This document shows positions 46,753 through 57,615 of a DNA stretch of 64,000 nt, in pieces. Made by a program: the position numbers and the translations under genes. The notes below the pieces were generated by a model. The model did no database searches and had not been told where the DNA came from. It saw only the letters and a list, made by a program, of their open reading frames with translations. The DNA is from an uncultured bacterium (GTDB taxonomy: Bacteria; Patescibacteriota; Minisyncoccia; Moranbacterales; UBA2206), in the NCBI GenBank assembly GCA_903842445.1, contig CAIMLT010000003.1, forward strand, positions 5,696 through 69,695. The letters run 5' to 3'. Every line of letters begins with the position of its first letter. Positions within the stretch are counted from its first letter, which is position 1.

Positions 46753-48840
46753 TTATTTTTTCCCACCAGAAATTTCTTCCGCCACATTTTTTGGCACTTC
46801 GGCATAATGACTAAATTCCATCGCATAGTTGGCGCGACCTTGGCTCATTGAGCGAAGTTGGGTGGCATAACCGAACATCGAAGAAAGTGGTACCTCAGCA
46901 TCAATAATCTTTACCCTAGCATTACCTTCTCCGCGATCACCCATTTCTTTGATAATTCCCCGCTTAGCATTAAGATCACCAACAACATCGCCCATAAAGT
47001 TTTCCGGAGTAATAGTTTGCACTTTCATAATTGGCTCAAGAAGCATCGGCTTAGCTCTTCGACAAGCTTCCTTGAAAGCCATCGATCCGGCAATTTTAAA
47101 AGCCGCTTCTGAAGAGTCAACTTCATGATATGATCCGTCATACACAGTAGCTTTAATATCAACCATCGGGTATCCAGCCACCACTCCACTGTCCATAGCT
47201 TCTTTGGCACCTTTTTCAATCGGTGTAATATATTCTTGTGGAATAATTCCACCTTTGATTTCACTGACAAATTCGAAACCCTTCCCAGGTTCTTGTGGCT
47301 CAACGCGCATCCAGCAATGTCCATATTGTCCGCGACCACCAGATTGTTTAATATATTTACCTTCCGCTTCGGCTTTAACGCGAATCGTTTCGCGATAAGC
47401 GACTTGCGGTTGACCAACATTAGCTTCCACTTTAAACTCTCTTTTCATGCGATCAACAATGATGTCCAGATGCAGTTCGCCCATTCCAGAAATAATCGTT
47501 TGTCCGGTTTCCTCATCAGTGCGCACTTTAAAAGTTGGATCTTCTTCGGCCAATTTTCGCAGAGCAAAACCCATTTTTTCTTGGTCAGCTTTCGTTTTTG
47601 GTTCAATAGCAATTGAAATAACCGGTTCCGGAAAAGTAATTGTTTCGAGAAGAACTGGTTTCTCGATGTCGCACAAAGTATCTCCGGTTGTCGTATTTTT
47701 CATTCCAACTAGCGCTCCAATTCCTCCGGCATAAATTTCAGAAATTTCTTCTCGATGGTTAGCATGCATTTGCAAAATTCGCCCAATCCGCTCTTTTTCA
47801 TTTTTGGATGAGTTTAAAACATAAGATCCGGCTTTTAAAACTCCAGAATAAACTCGAAAAAATGTCAGTTGTCCAACATATGGATCAGTCGCTACCTTAA
47901 AAGCCAACGCTGCAAAAGGCGCATCATCTTGTTGCTTAACTTCCACCTCAATTGTTTCATCACGCACATCAGTCGCTTTAATCGCCGGCACATCGAGCGG
48001 AGATGGTAAGTAATCCACCACAGCATCTAGCACTAATTGCACACCCTTATTGCGCAAAGCCGTTCCCGTAAAAACCGGCACTAGCTTTGTCGCAATTGTT
48101 GCACGACGAATCGCCGCTTTCAATTCATCCTGTGAAATTTCTTCGCCATTCAAAAATTTTTCCGTAAGTGCATCATCAGTTTCGGAAACTTTTTCAACCA
48201 TCTTTTCTCGCCATTCCTTAGCTTTATCTAAAAGTTCTACCGGAATTTCTCCTTCAATCACATCCACTCCCATTTCTCCGGAAAAAGTATAGCCCTTCAT
48301 TTTGATAAGATCCACCACACCGGCAAAATCTCCGCGCTCTCCAATCGGAATTTGTAAAGCAACCGCATTTGGAGTCAAACGATCCCAAATTGTCCTTAGG
48401 GCGTAATAAAAATCAGCTCCTTCTTTGTCAATTTTATTAATAAAACAAACGCGCGGAACGCTATATTTATCCGCCTGACGCCAAACAGTTTCCGATTGAG
48501 GCTCAACGCCTTCCTTGCCATCAAATACCACTACGCCACCATCCAAAACACGCAATGAGCGTTCCACCTCCACCGTGAAATCAACATGCCCAGGAGTATC
48601 AATAATATTCACCTGGCAATCTTTCCAAAAACAAGTTGTCGCCGCTGAAGTAATCGTAATCCCGCGCTCCTGCTCTTGCTCCATCCAGTCCATCGTGGCT
48701 GCACCTTCATGCACCTCTCCGATTTTATGAGTCACCCCGGTATAAAACAACACGCGCTCGGTTGTGGTAGTTTTTCCCGCATCAATATGGGCAATGATTC
48801 CGATATTACGATACTTTTCGATTGGATATTGTCGTGCCAT
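46753..48840 (-). CDS. fusA: Elongation factor G
   Basis: [32 protein letters not shown]. Confidence 0.99.
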   Translation of the reverse strand: MARQYPIEKYRNIGIIAHIDAGKTTTTERVLFYTGVTHKIGEVHEGAATMDWMEQEQERGITITSAATTCFWKDCQVNIIDTPGHVDFTVEVERSLRVLDGGVVVFDGKEGVEPQSETVWRQADKYSVPRVCFINKIDKEGADFYYALRTIWDRLTPNAVALQIPIGERGDFAGVVDLIKMKGYTFSGEMGVDVIEGEIPVELLDKAKEWREKMVEKVSETDDALTEKFLNGEEISQDELKAAIRRATIATKLVPVFTGTALRNKGVQLVLDAVVDYLPSPLDVPAIKATDVRDETIEVEVKQQDDAPFAALAFKVATDPYVGQLTFFRVYSGVLKAGSYVLNSSKNEKERIGRILQMHANHREEISEIYAGGIGALVGMKNTTTGDTLCDIEKPVLLETITFPEPVISIAIEPKTKADQEKMGFALRKLAEEDPTFKVRTDEETGQTIISGMGELHLDIIVDRMKREFKVEANVGQPQVAYRETIRVKAEAEGKYIKQSGGRGQYGHCWMRVEPQEPGKGFEFVSEIKGGIIPQEYITPIEKGAKEAMDSGVVAGYPMVDIKATVYDGSYHEVDSSEAAFKIAGSMAFKEACRRAKPMLLEPIMKVQTITPENFMGDVVGDLNAKRGIIKEMGDRGEGNARVKIIDAEVPLSSMFGYATQLRSMSQGRANYAMEFSHYAEVPKNVAEEISGGKK

Positions 48841-48869
48841 TTTTCTTTTTTATTTATAATAATTTAAAC

Positions 48870-49337
48870 CTACGCAAAATGCGCAAATGCCTTATTAGCA
48901 TCCGCCATTCTATGCACATCATCTCTTTTTTTCATTGCACTTCCGGCTTTGTTTGAAGCTTCAATTAGCTCATCGGCTAATTTCTCGGCCATTTTTTTGC
49001 CTTTCTTGGAAGAAATTGCAGCTTTAAGCCAACGAATAGCCAAAGTCGTGCGCCTTTCGCCCAAAACTGGAACTGGAACTTGATAGTTTGCGCCACCCAC
49101 ACGACGAGATTTCAGCTCTACTAATGGAGCGACATTTTTTAAAGCTTGCTCAAAAATATTCAGTCCGCCTTTTTTAGTTTTCTCGTGAATAATATCAAAT
49201 GAGTCATAAACGATTCTTTCGGCTGTCGTTCTTTTTCCATCTTGCAAAATACTGTTGATAAACTTACCCACCAAAAGGTTGTCGTATCTCGTGTCTGGTT
49301 TAACATGTTTTTTAAATACTCTTTTTCTTCTTGCCAT
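48870..49337 (-). CDS. rpsG: 30S ribosomal protein S7
   Basis: SRRVGGANYQVP, HRMADANKAFAHF. Confidence 0.98.
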   Translation of the reverse strand: MARRKRVFKKHVKPDTRYDNLLVGKFINSILQDGKRTTAERIVYDSFDIIHEKTKKGGLNIFEQALKNVAPLVELKSRRVGGANYQVPVPVLGERRTTLAIRWLKAAISSKKGKKMAEKLADELIEASNKAGSAMKKRDDVHRMADANKAFAHFA

Positions 49338-49363
49338 AATATTAACAAATTTCTTAAGCTACT

Positions 49364-49783
49364 TTATTTCTTATCTTTTTCTACTTTAGCGCCATATTTA
49401 CTGCGACCTTGTTTTCTATTGGCTACTCCGGCACTATCCAAAACTCCACGCACGATATGATAACGCACACCCGGCAGATCTTTTACACGTCCACCTCTTA
49501 ACATTACGATTGAGTGTTCTTGCAAATTGTGTCCGATTCCTGGAATATATGCGGTAACTTCCATGCCGTTAGTAAGTCTTACTCTCGCAATTTTTCGTAA
49601 AGCCGAGTTTGGTTTTTTTGGAGTGGTTGTGCTAACTTTCAAGCATACTCCGCGCTTAAACGAACTATTGGTGAGGACCGGTTTATTTTTCAAAGTATTG
49701 AAAACATGCTTAAATGCGGGTGTTTTTGACTTGCTCTTGACAGATGTTCTTGCTTTTCTTTTTAATTGATTGATTGTTGGCAT
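49364..49783 (-). CDS. rpsL: 30S ribosomal protein S12
   Basis: [30 protein letters not shown]. Confidence 0.99.
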   Translation of the reverse strand: MPTINQLKRKARTSVKSKSKTPAFKHVFNTLKNKPVLTNSSFKRGVCLKVSTTTPKKPNSALRKIARVRLTNGMEVTAYIPGIGHNLQEHSIVMLRGGRVKDLPGVRYHIVRGVLDSAGVANRKQGRSKYGAKVEKDKK

Positions 49784-49868
49784 GGGAATTTATAAATATT
49801 AAATAATTGCTAATAAAAAAACTGCCAGTTATCTAGCCCAATAAGCATAAAGGAAAGCAAGAAATATG

Positions 49869-50558
49869 TCAAATCGCCACCCTGAGAAATGCGTTAATTG
49901 CGGTGCCAAGAAATATACGAAGTGGCGAAGAAAAAAAGAAAATAAAAAACAAAAGAAGCATAAAGCCAAATTGCTCAAGCATTGCTTGGGTTTCGATTTT
50001 GATTGGAAAAATCGCAAACAATAGTTTTGAGCCATCGAGAGGTGGAATCGGAATTAGATTAAAAAAAGCTAAAAAAACATTAATAATTACCCCAATAATT
50101 AAAAGCTCATAAAATATAGCACTAAATGATCCGGAAATCACCCCGGAAACCGTTGACCATTCATTAAAATTATTAATAATATCTTTCTTGAGGTGCAGTG
50201 GAAGTGCGATAAACCTCGCTCCGATGGCAGCCAAAAGAGCCACCAGCAAATTTATTCCCGGCCCTGCCATCGCCACCATCGCCGGTCCCCATTTTTGGTT
50301 TTTCAAGTTATAGGGATTATATGGCACCGGTTTTGCCCAACCAAAAGCAAAGCCAAAAGAAAGGTACATGAATAATGGCGCCAAAAACGAACCGACTAAA
50401 TCCAAATGGTTAAGCGGATTAGCTGTTAATCGCCCAGCATACTTGGCCGTATTATCTCCCAACCAAAGTGCCATCACGCCATGAAAAACCTCATGAATTA
50501 TAACTGAGTAAAGCAAAATTGCTATATAAAAAATAATCAAAACAATTTCATTAGTCAT
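49869..50558 (-). CDS. Site-2 protease (M50 family)
   Basis: [27 protein letters not shown]. Confidence 0.94.
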   Translation of the reverse strand: MTNEIVLIIFYIAILLYSVIIHEVFHGVMALWLGDNTAKYAGRLTANPLNHLDLVGSFLAPLFMYLSFGFAFGWAKPVPYNPYNLKNQKWGPAMVAMAGPGINLLVALLAAIGARFIALPLHLKKDIINNFNEWSTVSGVISGSFSAIFYELLIIGVIINVFLAFFNLIPIPPLDGSKLLFAIFPIKIETQAMLEQFGFMLLLFFIFFFSSPLRIFLGTAINAFLRVAI

Positions 50559-50633
50559 ACAATTTCCTTGCTAAAATTATATTCCTATGCTACCTTATAT
50601 CTTGTAATAAATCAACCATTAACACTTAATTTT

Positions 50634-50807
50634 ATGAGTCGATTTTGTGAAGTTTGCGGACGCGGTCCAGGAACAGGACACACAGTCAGCCATTCTAATG
50701 TGAAAACCCTGCGAAAATTTCAAATCAATTTACAAAGCAAAAAAATTGACGGCGCCAAAACCAGAATTTGCACCCGCTGCATTAAAACAGCTAATAAAGA
50801 AAAATAG
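50634..50807 (+). CDS. rpmB: 50S ribosomal protein L28
   Basis: [32 protein letters not shown]. Confidence 0.95.
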   Translation: MSRFCEVCGRGPGTGHTVSHSNVKTLRKFQINLQSKKIDGAKTRICTRCIKTANKEK

Positions 50808-50824
50808 GTTTTTTTCTTGAAACT

Positions 50825-50862
50825 AAAAAATCCTCCGAAGCGTAAGCCGAAGAGGATTTTTT
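50825..50862. terminator. Bidirectional intrinsic terminator after rpmB
   Basis: AAAAAATCCTC...GAGGATTTTTT. Confidence 0.7.
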
Positions 50863-50869
50863 ATTATGC

Positions 50870-51070
50870 GTCATTCCCGCCCCCGTTTTCACGAGGATAA
50901 ACTCCAGCGGTAATCCAAGTCTCGAGGCTATATTGAAAACATAAAGCTTGCTGGTTAGGCTTGCCTCATTAAACTAGGACGTTATCTTTCTTTCTAAAAT
51001 TATCGAGGCATCTGGTCTATACTTTCTCACTTAGCTTTTGCACTGAATCCCCGACTTCTCGGGGATGACA
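50870..51070. repeat. Inverted pair of REP-like palindromes (REPIN-like) between rpmB and ndk
   Basis: GTCATTCCCGC[CCCCGTTTTCACGAGGATAAACT]CCAGCGGTAATCCA at 50870 and CTGAATCCCCGACTTCTCGGGGATGACA at 51043-51070. Confidence 0.65.
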
Positions 51071-51078
51071 TGAAAAGC

Positions 51079-51684
51079 CTATTCCAAAATCCCATCCAAA
51101 TTTACATCATAAAGAATCTGCTCTTGAACTAGGCGATAGTTGATAATTTCTTCCGGTGCAAACCAAAGATCAATTTCTCTTTCTGCTTCTTCCGGTGATT
51201 CTGAGCAATGAATTAAATTCCTGACCGCACGTCCATCGACACTGGTGATTTCATAGGAATCAATTGTTAAATCCCCGCGGATTGTTCCCACATCAGAAGT
51301 GGTTGGTTCAGTTGTTCCAACTAGCTTTGTCACCACCGCTGTCGCTTTATTACCCTCCCAAATCATTGCCACCACTGGACCGGAAGTCATAAATTTAACC
51401 AACGCTTCAATAATTTCCTTGCCATAATCAATTGCACTTTTGTTCACGGAAAGACCATTGGCTTTGCGTTCATCAATACTGCGACTGCCCTTTTTTTCAT
51501 ACCAAACATCATCTTTATTGTAATGCTTCCAACATCTGTCAGCATCAAGTAGCGTCATTTTCAAACTAACAAGCTTTAGTCCGGTGCGCTCAAAACGCCT
51601 AATTACTTCTCCGATGAGACCTCTTTGCACGCCATCTGGTTTAATAAAAACCATTGTTCGTTCTTTTTTTGGATGCCTAACCAT
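51079..51684 (-). CDS. ndk: Nucleoside diphosphate kinase
   Basis: ERTMVFIKPDGVQRGLIGE, SGPVVAM, GTIRGD, NLIHCS. Confidence 0.96.
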   Translation of the reverse strand: MVRHPKKERTMVFIKPDGVQRGLIGEVIRRFERTGLKLVSLKMTLLDADRCWKHYNKDDVWYEKKGSRSIDERKANGLSVNKSAIDYGKEIIEALVKFMTSGPVVAMIWEGNKATAVVTKLVGTTEPTTSDVGTIRGDLTIDSYEITSVDGRAVRNLIHCSESPEEAEREIDLWFAPEEIINYRLVQEQILYDVNLDGILE

Positions 51685-51711
51685 AGATTTGCATTTTTAA
51701 TAAATTATTAA

Positions 51712-52749
51712 CTATTCTTTATTCGCCTCAATTTCCAGTTCCTCCACTTTCTTAAAAATCCCCTTCACAATTTCCGCCTGGATTTTTTTATCACTTTTCA
51801 AAAACGCCTTAGCCGGTTCGCGACCAACGCCCAACTTAACTTCTCCGAAAGAATATGAATTACCTTTTTTCGTTACCACTTCATATTTTACGCCAGTATC
51901 AAGCACATCGCCGGCGGCGGAGATTCCTTCGTTATACATAATATCAAATTCGGCAGTGCGAAAAGGCGGAGCAACTTTGTTTTTTACAATCTTTACTTTC
52001 GTTCGGTTACCCACAATGTCTTCACCTTTTTTGATTTGTGCCGAGCGCCTCACTTCCACGCGCACAGAAGCATAAAATTTCAAAGCGTTTCCGCCAGTCG
52101 TTGTTTCCGGATTACCAAACACTACCCCAATTTTCATGCGGATCTGATTGATAAAAATCACCGTGCAATTTGAACGAGAAATAATCGCTGTTAGTTTTCG
52201 CAAAGCCTGCGACATAAGTCGCGCTTGCCTTCCCATATGACTATCCCCCATATCGCCCTCGATTTCTGCTTTTGGAACAAGCGCTGCGACACTATCCACG
52301 ACAACCACATCAATCGCTCCGGAATTAACGAGAGCATCAACAATATCCAATGCTTGCTCACCATTGTCAGGTTGAGAGATAAGAAGATCATTCACATTAA
52401 CTCCGATTCTTTTGGCATATTCCGGATCAAGCGCATGCTCAGCATCAATAAACGCTGCCACCCCGCCAGCTTTTTGGGTATTCGCAATAATATGCAATGT
52501 CAGTGTTGTCTTTCCTGAAGACTCCGGTCCATAAATTTCCACTACCCGACCTCGCGGAATTCCTCCAATCCCAAGCGCCAAATCCAATGAAATCGAACCA
52601 GTTGGAATAGAGGCCACATCAACATGCTTAATGTCCCCCAATTTCATAATCACACCTTCGCCGAATTTATCTCGAATTTCCGATACAACATTGTCCACGC
52701 CTTTTTCCTGTTCTTTGCTTTTTCCTTCTTTTTTCTCTTCGTCTTTCAT
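51712..52749 (-). CDS. recA: Recombinase A
   Basis: [43 protein letters not shown]. Confidence 0.99.
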   Translation of the reverse strand: MKDEEKKEGKSKEQEKGVDNVVSEIRDKFGEGVIMKLGDIKHVDVASIPTGSISLDLALGIGGIPRGRVVEIYGPESSGKTTLTLHIIANTQKAGGVAAFIDAEHALDPEYAKRIGVNVNDLLISQPDNGEQALDIVDALVNSGAIDVVVVDSVAALVPKAEIEGDMGDSHMGRQARLMSQALRKLTAIISRSNCTVIFINQIRMKIGVVFGNPETTTGGNALKFYASVRVEVRRSAQIKKGEDIVGNRTKVKIVKNKVAPPFRTAEFDIMYNEGISAAGDVLDTGVKYEVVTKKGNSYSFGEVKLGVGREPAKAFLKSDKKIQAEIVKGIFKKVEELEIEANKE

Positions 52750-52781
52750 AATGATTTTTATTAATTTATTATTGTATTATC

Positions 52782-52828
52782 GTAGGGACAGGTTTAAAGC
52801 CTGTCCGTACTTTCAAACCTGTCCCTAC
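52782..52828. repeat. GTAG-type REP palindrome plus partial tandem copy
   Basis: GTAGGGACAGGTTTAAAGCCTGTCCGTAC followed by TTTCAAACCTGTCCCTAC. Confidence 0.75.
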
Positions 52829-52839
52829 CTTTATAAATT

Positions 52840-53862
52840 CTACTGCTTTTCATCCTCTTTGGCAAAAACCACCCCTTTAATTGATCCTTTTTCTTTTCCC
52901 AGAGTTCCATTATCCTCTCCATTAAGCTTAACATGAGTTGCATTCGCTTGTCCGGAATTGACCACAATCTTATCATTAGCACTGAATTTTTGAATAACTC
53001 CAAAAATAATTGTCCCACTGAAAACTAGATTCCCATCCGTTTCGACGCTAACCCACACCGGCCCAGGATCGACGCTTAGCTCAACTTGCACAGCTTTATC
53101 GGAATAATTTAAAACTCCTTGATCTGATGAATTCTCGTTTGCATTTTCTTCAGTCGCAAATTCAGTCGTTTCTTCCTCGTATTTGGCTTGCAACGTAATG
53201 CTTTCTGAAATTTCTTTTTTAAACTTATTTATAGCCTTAATATGAATAATGTTAATTCCTGATTGTAAGGTTATATTTTCTCTAAATTTTCCCTCGTCGC
53301 TAACTAAAACTAGCTGATCATTAATAAACACGCGCGCATCTTTGTCGGTTTTCCCTTCTACAAAAACCGATTTACCATCAATTTCAGAATTGGATTCTGG
53401 ACTAAGAATGATAAGACGTGGCGTATCGCTAAGCGATCCGGCTTCACGATAAAGATAGAAAAACACACCGACAAACAAAATAGCTAAGATAGACAACACT
53501 ATTTTTTTTGGCGTAAAAATAAAAATGGAAATATCCAGTGGCTTTATTTTAGAATTTTCTTTACCAAAATTCTTACCTTTTTCTAAATTTTTTTTAATCC
53601 CAGTTTCTTTCTCAAAAAGCTTCACTAAACTACTTTCGTCAACACCCAAGAAATCTCCATAACTTTTCAAAAATCCTCGCACATAAACATCAGCGGGAAG
53701 CTCGTCATATTTTCCGTCTTCAAGACATTGCAAATATTCCAACCGAATTTTTGTCACACGCGAAATTTCATTAAGCGCAATTCGTTTATCCGAGCGTAAT
53801 TTTTTCAATTTTTCGCCCAAAGTTAGTGTGCCAACTTTTCTTTTTGTAAAGCCATTTGTCAT
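52840..53862 (-). CDS. RodZ-like protein (HTH, TM, Ig-like and C-terminal DUF4115-like domains)
   Basis: LGEKLKKLR, LEDGKYDELPADVYVRGFLKSY, single TM, VWVSVETDG; downstream of ftsK. Confidence 0.85.
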   Translation of the reverse strand: MTNGFTKRKVGTLTLGEKLKKLRSDKRIALNEISRVTKIRLEYLQCLEDGKYDELPADVYVRGFLKSYGDFLGVDESSLVKLFEKETGIKKNLEKGKNFGKENSKIKPLDISIFIFTPKKIVLSILAILFVGVFFYLYREAGSLSDTPRLIILSPESNSEIDGKSVFVEGKTDKDARVFINDQLVLVSDEGKFRENITLQSGINIIHIKAINKFKKEISESITLQAKYEEETTEFATEENANENSSDQGVLNYSDKAVQVELSVDPGPVWVSVETDGNLVFSGTIIFGVIQKFSANDKIVVNSGQANATHVKLNGEDNGTLGKEKGSIKGVVFAKEDEKQ

Positions 53863-53937
53863 AGTTTGAAAAACATAATAAAAAATACTGAGCATTTCAG
53901 AAATTTTATTTTTTGTTTCAATTTTTATTTTTGTTTC

Positions 53938-56316
53938 CTATATCTCCCACTTATCCCGCTTTTCCTGATCACTCACATCATCAGCATAGACTGTTCCAGC
54001 TTCTTCAGGAAGACCATAAATTTCTCTTGCTTTCGCGCCATCTGACGGCCCAACCACTCCTTTTTCTTCTAGGATATCGAGAAGTCGCGCCGCTCTAGCA
54101 TAGCCAACTCGCAAACGTCTTTGCAAAAAAGAAGCGGAAGCTTTTTTGGATTGCATAATTTCTTTTTTCGCCGCTTCATAAAGCTCATCATTGTTATCGT
54201 CATTAAAACCATTGAACTTATCCAATTCAGTTGCCACTGGATCAGATTTTCCAACTGTGATTTCTTCCGCATCATCTTCCGCTATATCCGCGCTTTCATT
54301 CTCGTCTCTAATAAATTTAACGATTTCTTTAACTTCTTTTTCCGTCACAAATACTCCTTGAATTCTTTGTGGCTTAGGAGAGTTGGCAGAAAGATAAAGC
54401 GAATCTCCGTTACCCAGGAGTTTTTCTGCACCAGCCATATCCAAAATCGTGCGAGAATCAATTTGAGTTGCTACTTGAAAAGAAATTCTGGTTGTGATAT
54501 TGGCTTTAATAAGGCCTGTGATTACTTCAACTGATGGACGTTGCGTAGAAACTATCAAGTGAATTCCAACTGCTCGAGCCATCTGCGCAATTCGCACAAT
54601 CGCCCCTTCAACCTCTTTGCCATGACTACCCATTAAATCTGCGAGTTCATCAATCACAATAACAATATATGGAATATTTTTCAAATCTTCTTCACTCACT
54701 TCGCCAGTTTCCGCGTCAACTAACTTTCTTTTCTCGCCACTCTTAATTTTTTCCTTATACGAAATAATATCCCGCACTCCAACTTCTTGAAATAATTTAT
54801 AACGCTTTTCCATTTCACTTACCGCCCATTTTAATGTATTGACAACTTTGGCGTTCTCAACAATTACCGGCGTAAGCAGCTGAGCTATTCCATTATAAAA
54901 CGACAATTCGACACGCTTAGGATCAACCATAATGAACTTTAGATCTTCAGGAGAATTTTGATAGAGTAACATTGTGATTATCGCATTGACACAAACTGAT
55001 TTTCCTGTTCCTGTCGCTCCAGCAACCATAAGGTGTGGCATCTTGTCCAAACTGCCAAAAATATAATTGCCACTCACATCTTCACCCAAAGCAATCGTTA
55101 AGTTGGATTTTCTATTTTTAAACTCTTTGCTCTCCAAAATTGAACGCAAGCGCACAAAAGAAGAACTCTTATTTGGCACCTCGATTCCAATAAGCGATTT
55201 TCCCGGGATCGGCGCTTCAATGCGAATTGGAGCAGCCAAAGCCAAAGAAAGATCGTTTTGCAATGCCAAAATTTTGGCAATTTTAACTCCAACAGCTGGA
55301 CGAAAACTATATTGAGTTACAGATGGGCCGGTTTTAATTTCACCTCTCTCTACTTCAATCCCAAAATTTCGCAAAGCATCCTCGATTAACTGCGCATTCA
55401 AATCCACATCACCACCCTTGGCTACTCCACTAGCTTTTTCCAAAATATCCACCGGCGGAAATTTCCACTTTAAGTTTCTGGATTTTTTATTAACACCATC
55501 GGATAGATCTTTTTTGGAAAAAGAACTAACTTGCGATTCTTCTTCATTTCCAAAAAGATCAGACGAAATAAATTGATCTCGCCCTTCTACGAATTTTATC
55601 TTTCCAATATTTTCTTTCGCTAACATCTCAATTTCTTTTTGCTCATTACGCACTACTTCCAAATCTTTTCTTATCTCAATCTCACCCTCTGATTTCTTCT
55701 CTTCATCATCTTGCTTTTCTATTTCTGTGTTATCATCTTGCAACTCGTTTTCTGACTTTTTTTCCGTCTTATCTCTCTTGAAATGTAAAATTAAATTAAC
55801 AATAGAAAATTCAAAAGCAATGATTACTCCCAAAAGAAGCAACGCTAAAATCACAACTAAACTTCCTGCGTTGCCCAAATATTTAATTCCCGAATAGGCT
55901 ACAGCGTAGCCAACATATCCGCCACCTCTCCCCCCTTCGGCCACCGCATGCATTTTGGCAGCGTCAAAAAACCAATGAAAAAGTCCGGTGATGCTAATAA
56001 AAACTACAAAAAGTCCGGCCAGTTTTGTTACATAAAAAATTGTTTCTTTTCTAAAAAATAAAACCACCCCGGCCAAAATCAAAAATAGTGGAAAAACAAA
56101 TTTCGTCCAGCCAATCGTTTGCCCGACTAACTTATTCAAAAATTCGCCCACCACACCGGCGTAACCGAAAAAACCGAGCAAAACCAAAACCGCCAGAGTA
56201 AACAAAATCACTCCGGACACATTCCTTTTGACATCTGAAGAAATAGAAAAATCGAATTTTTTTTCGGTTGGCTCCTCGAGAGTATTTTCTTTTGCTATCT
56301 TTTTTTTCCGTCCCAT
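53938..56316 (-). CDS. ftsK: DNA translocase FtsK
   Basis: N-terminal TMs, PHLMVAGATGTGKS, IDELADLM, TQRPS, SASFLQRRLRVGYARAAR gamma domain. Confidence 0.98.
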   Translation of the reverse strand: MGRKKKIAKENTLEEPTEKKFDFSISSDVKRNVSGVILFTLAVLVLLGFFGYAGVVGEFLNKLVGQTIGWTKFVFPLFLILAGVVLFFRKETIFYVTKLAGLFVVFISITGLFHWFFDAAKMHAVAEGGRGGGYVGYAVAYSGIKYLGNAGSLVVILALLLLGVIIAFEFSIVNLILHFKRDKTEKKSENELQDDNTEIEKQDDEEKKSEGEIEIRKDLEVVRNEQKEIEMLAKENIGKIKFVEGRDQFISSDLFGNEEESQVSSFSKKDLSDGVNKKSRNLKWKFPPVDILEKASGVAKGGDVDLNAQLIEDALRNFGIEVERGEIKTGPSVTQYSFRPAVGVKIAKILALQNDLSLALAAPIRIEAPIPGKSLIGIEVPNKSSSFVRLRSILESKEFKNRKSNLTIALGEDVSGNYIFGSLDKMPHLMVAGATGTGKSVCVNAIITMLLYQNSPEDLKFIMVDPKRVELSFYNGIAQLLTPVIVENAKVVNTLKWAVSEMEKRYKLFQEVGVRDIISYKEKIKSGEKRKLVDAETGEVSEEDLKNIPYIVIVIDELADLMGSHGKEVEGAIVRIAQMARAVGIHLIVSTQRPSVEVITGLIKANITTRISFQVATQIDSRTILDMAGAEKLLGNGDSLYLSANSPKPQRIQGVFVTEKEVKEIVKFIRDENESADIAEDDAEEITVGKSDPVATELDKFNGFNDDNNDELYEAAKKEIMQSKKASASFLQRRLRVGYARAARLLDILEEKGVVGPSDGAKAREIYGLPEEAGTVYADDVSDQEKRDKWEI

Positions 56317-56344
56317 AAAACTAGTTTACCATAAATCTTAAAAA

Positions 56345-56376
56345 TATAAAAAGCCTTTCCGAAAAGGCTTTTTATA
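56345..56376. terminator. Intrinsic terminator (14-bp stem)
   Basis: TATAAAAAGCCTTT-CCGA-AAAGGCTTTTTATA. Confidence 0.75.
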
Positions 56377-56395
56377 AGCTACCTATTTGCACTTT

Positions 56396-56545
56396 TTAAA
56401 AGAACCCCGCATTACTCAAAAAGGTGATTGCAAGCGCCGGCATTAAAGCCAGAAGAATCGCAAAATTCATTGTTTCTGCTTCTGCGCTTTCCTCTTCCCT
56501 TTTTTTGCACTCAGGGCAACTACATTCCTCTTTTATTTGTTCCAT
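56396..56545 (-). CDS. Small 49-aa protein with CxCxxC motif and C-terminal TM helix
   Basis: Manual translation MEQIKEECSCPECKKREEESAEAETMNFAILLALMPALAITFLSNAGFF*; followed by a terminator; shorter than any ORF in the track. Confidence 0.6.
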   Translation of the reverse strand: MEQIKEECSCPECKKREEESAEAETMNFAILLALMPALAITFLSNAGFF

Positions 56546-56704
56546 CTTTTTGTTTTTGTCTTTGCTCGAGAATTAAACTCCCAATCACAAAGATTTTAAA
56601 TAAAATAAAAAGAAAGTGGGCTCACCCACTCTCTTTATTACCTTTATAGTATACACCACCTAAACTAAAAAGTCAAGCCGAAAAAGATTTTCCCGCTTAC
56701 AAGC

Positions 56705-57097
56705 TTACTTCAACAGCCTGTTAACTTTCTTAGACAAGTCGCTTGGCGTAACCCGTGTTTTGACAAGAAATATTTGTATACCCATTTGCTCCACACGCCT
56801 TTGCGTCTCATCATCAACTGAAGCAGATAACACGATAATTGGAATATTTTTAGTTTTTTCTTCTAACTTTAATTTAGCAATCACCTCTTCACCGCTCATC
56901 ACCGGCATTGTCATATCAATGATTAATAAATCAAAATTTTTCGTCAAGGCTTCTTCAAAACCCCAAGCGCCATTTTTTGCAAAAAAGACTTGGAAGCCAT
57001 CTTGCCTTAACTTATCTCCAAACATTTCAATAAAAATTTCCTGATCTTCAATTATCAGAATTCTTTTTCCTTCAGTTTTTTTTCGTGCTTTTTCCAT
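56705..57097 (-). CDS. Single-domain response regulator (receiver)
   Basis: ILIIED, DLLIIDMTMPVMSG, IPIIVLSA, LVK. Confidence 0.92.
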   Translation of the reverse strand: MEKARKKTEGKRILIIEDQEIFIEMFGDKLRQDGFQVFFAKNGAWGFEEALTKNFDLLIIDMTMPVMSGEEVIAKLKLEEKTKNIPIIVLSASVDDETQRRVEQMGIQIFLVKTRVTPSDLSKKVNRLLK

Positions 57098-57210
57098 AGT
57101 TTTTTTGAAAAACTAAGAAATCCGAATCAGTAAAATTATCCGCCACCTCCTTCTATATCTTTAATATACTCCTATTTTTTGGGAATGCAAGATAATAAAA
57201 AAATTAAATG

Positions 57211-57609
57211 TTATCTGTTCAGATAAGTTATGGTCAGTTGAAGAATGGTGGCAAAGGCAACCCAGAGGAGATATGGGATTTGGATGTAGCTGATCCAGCG
57301 CGCGTGAGGATAAATTGTCACCATCGACCAAATGAGAGTGGCCAAAACCAGCACAATGTCGATGGCGGCCAAAAGATTGTTTTTTAGTCCAAATTGCAGG
57401 GGTGTAAAAGAAAAGTTGAAAATCAGATTGAGGACAAAGGGCAAAACAGCCAAGAAAGGAATTTGTTTTTTGAAAAACATCCAAAAAACTTTCCCGAAAG
57501 AAATGGCAATCAACACATAGAGAAAAGTCCACACTGGACCAAAAAGCCAAGCCGGCGGAGACCAGGTTGGTTTGATTATTTGCGCATACCAATTGGATGT
57601 TTCGTTCAT
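57211..57609 (-). CDS. tspO: TspO/MBR family tryptophan-rich sensory protein
   Basis: WY..IIKP.WSPPAWLFGPVWT.LY, PYLLWVAFAT. Confidence 0.93.
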   Translation of the reverse strand: MNETSNWYAQIIKPTWSPPAWLFGPVWTFLYVLIAISFGKVFWMFFKKQIPFLAVLPFVLNLIFNFSFTPLQFGLKNNLLAAIDIVLVLATLIWSMVTIYPHARWISYIQIPYLLWVAFATILQLTITYLNR

Positions 57610-57615
57610 AGTGTT

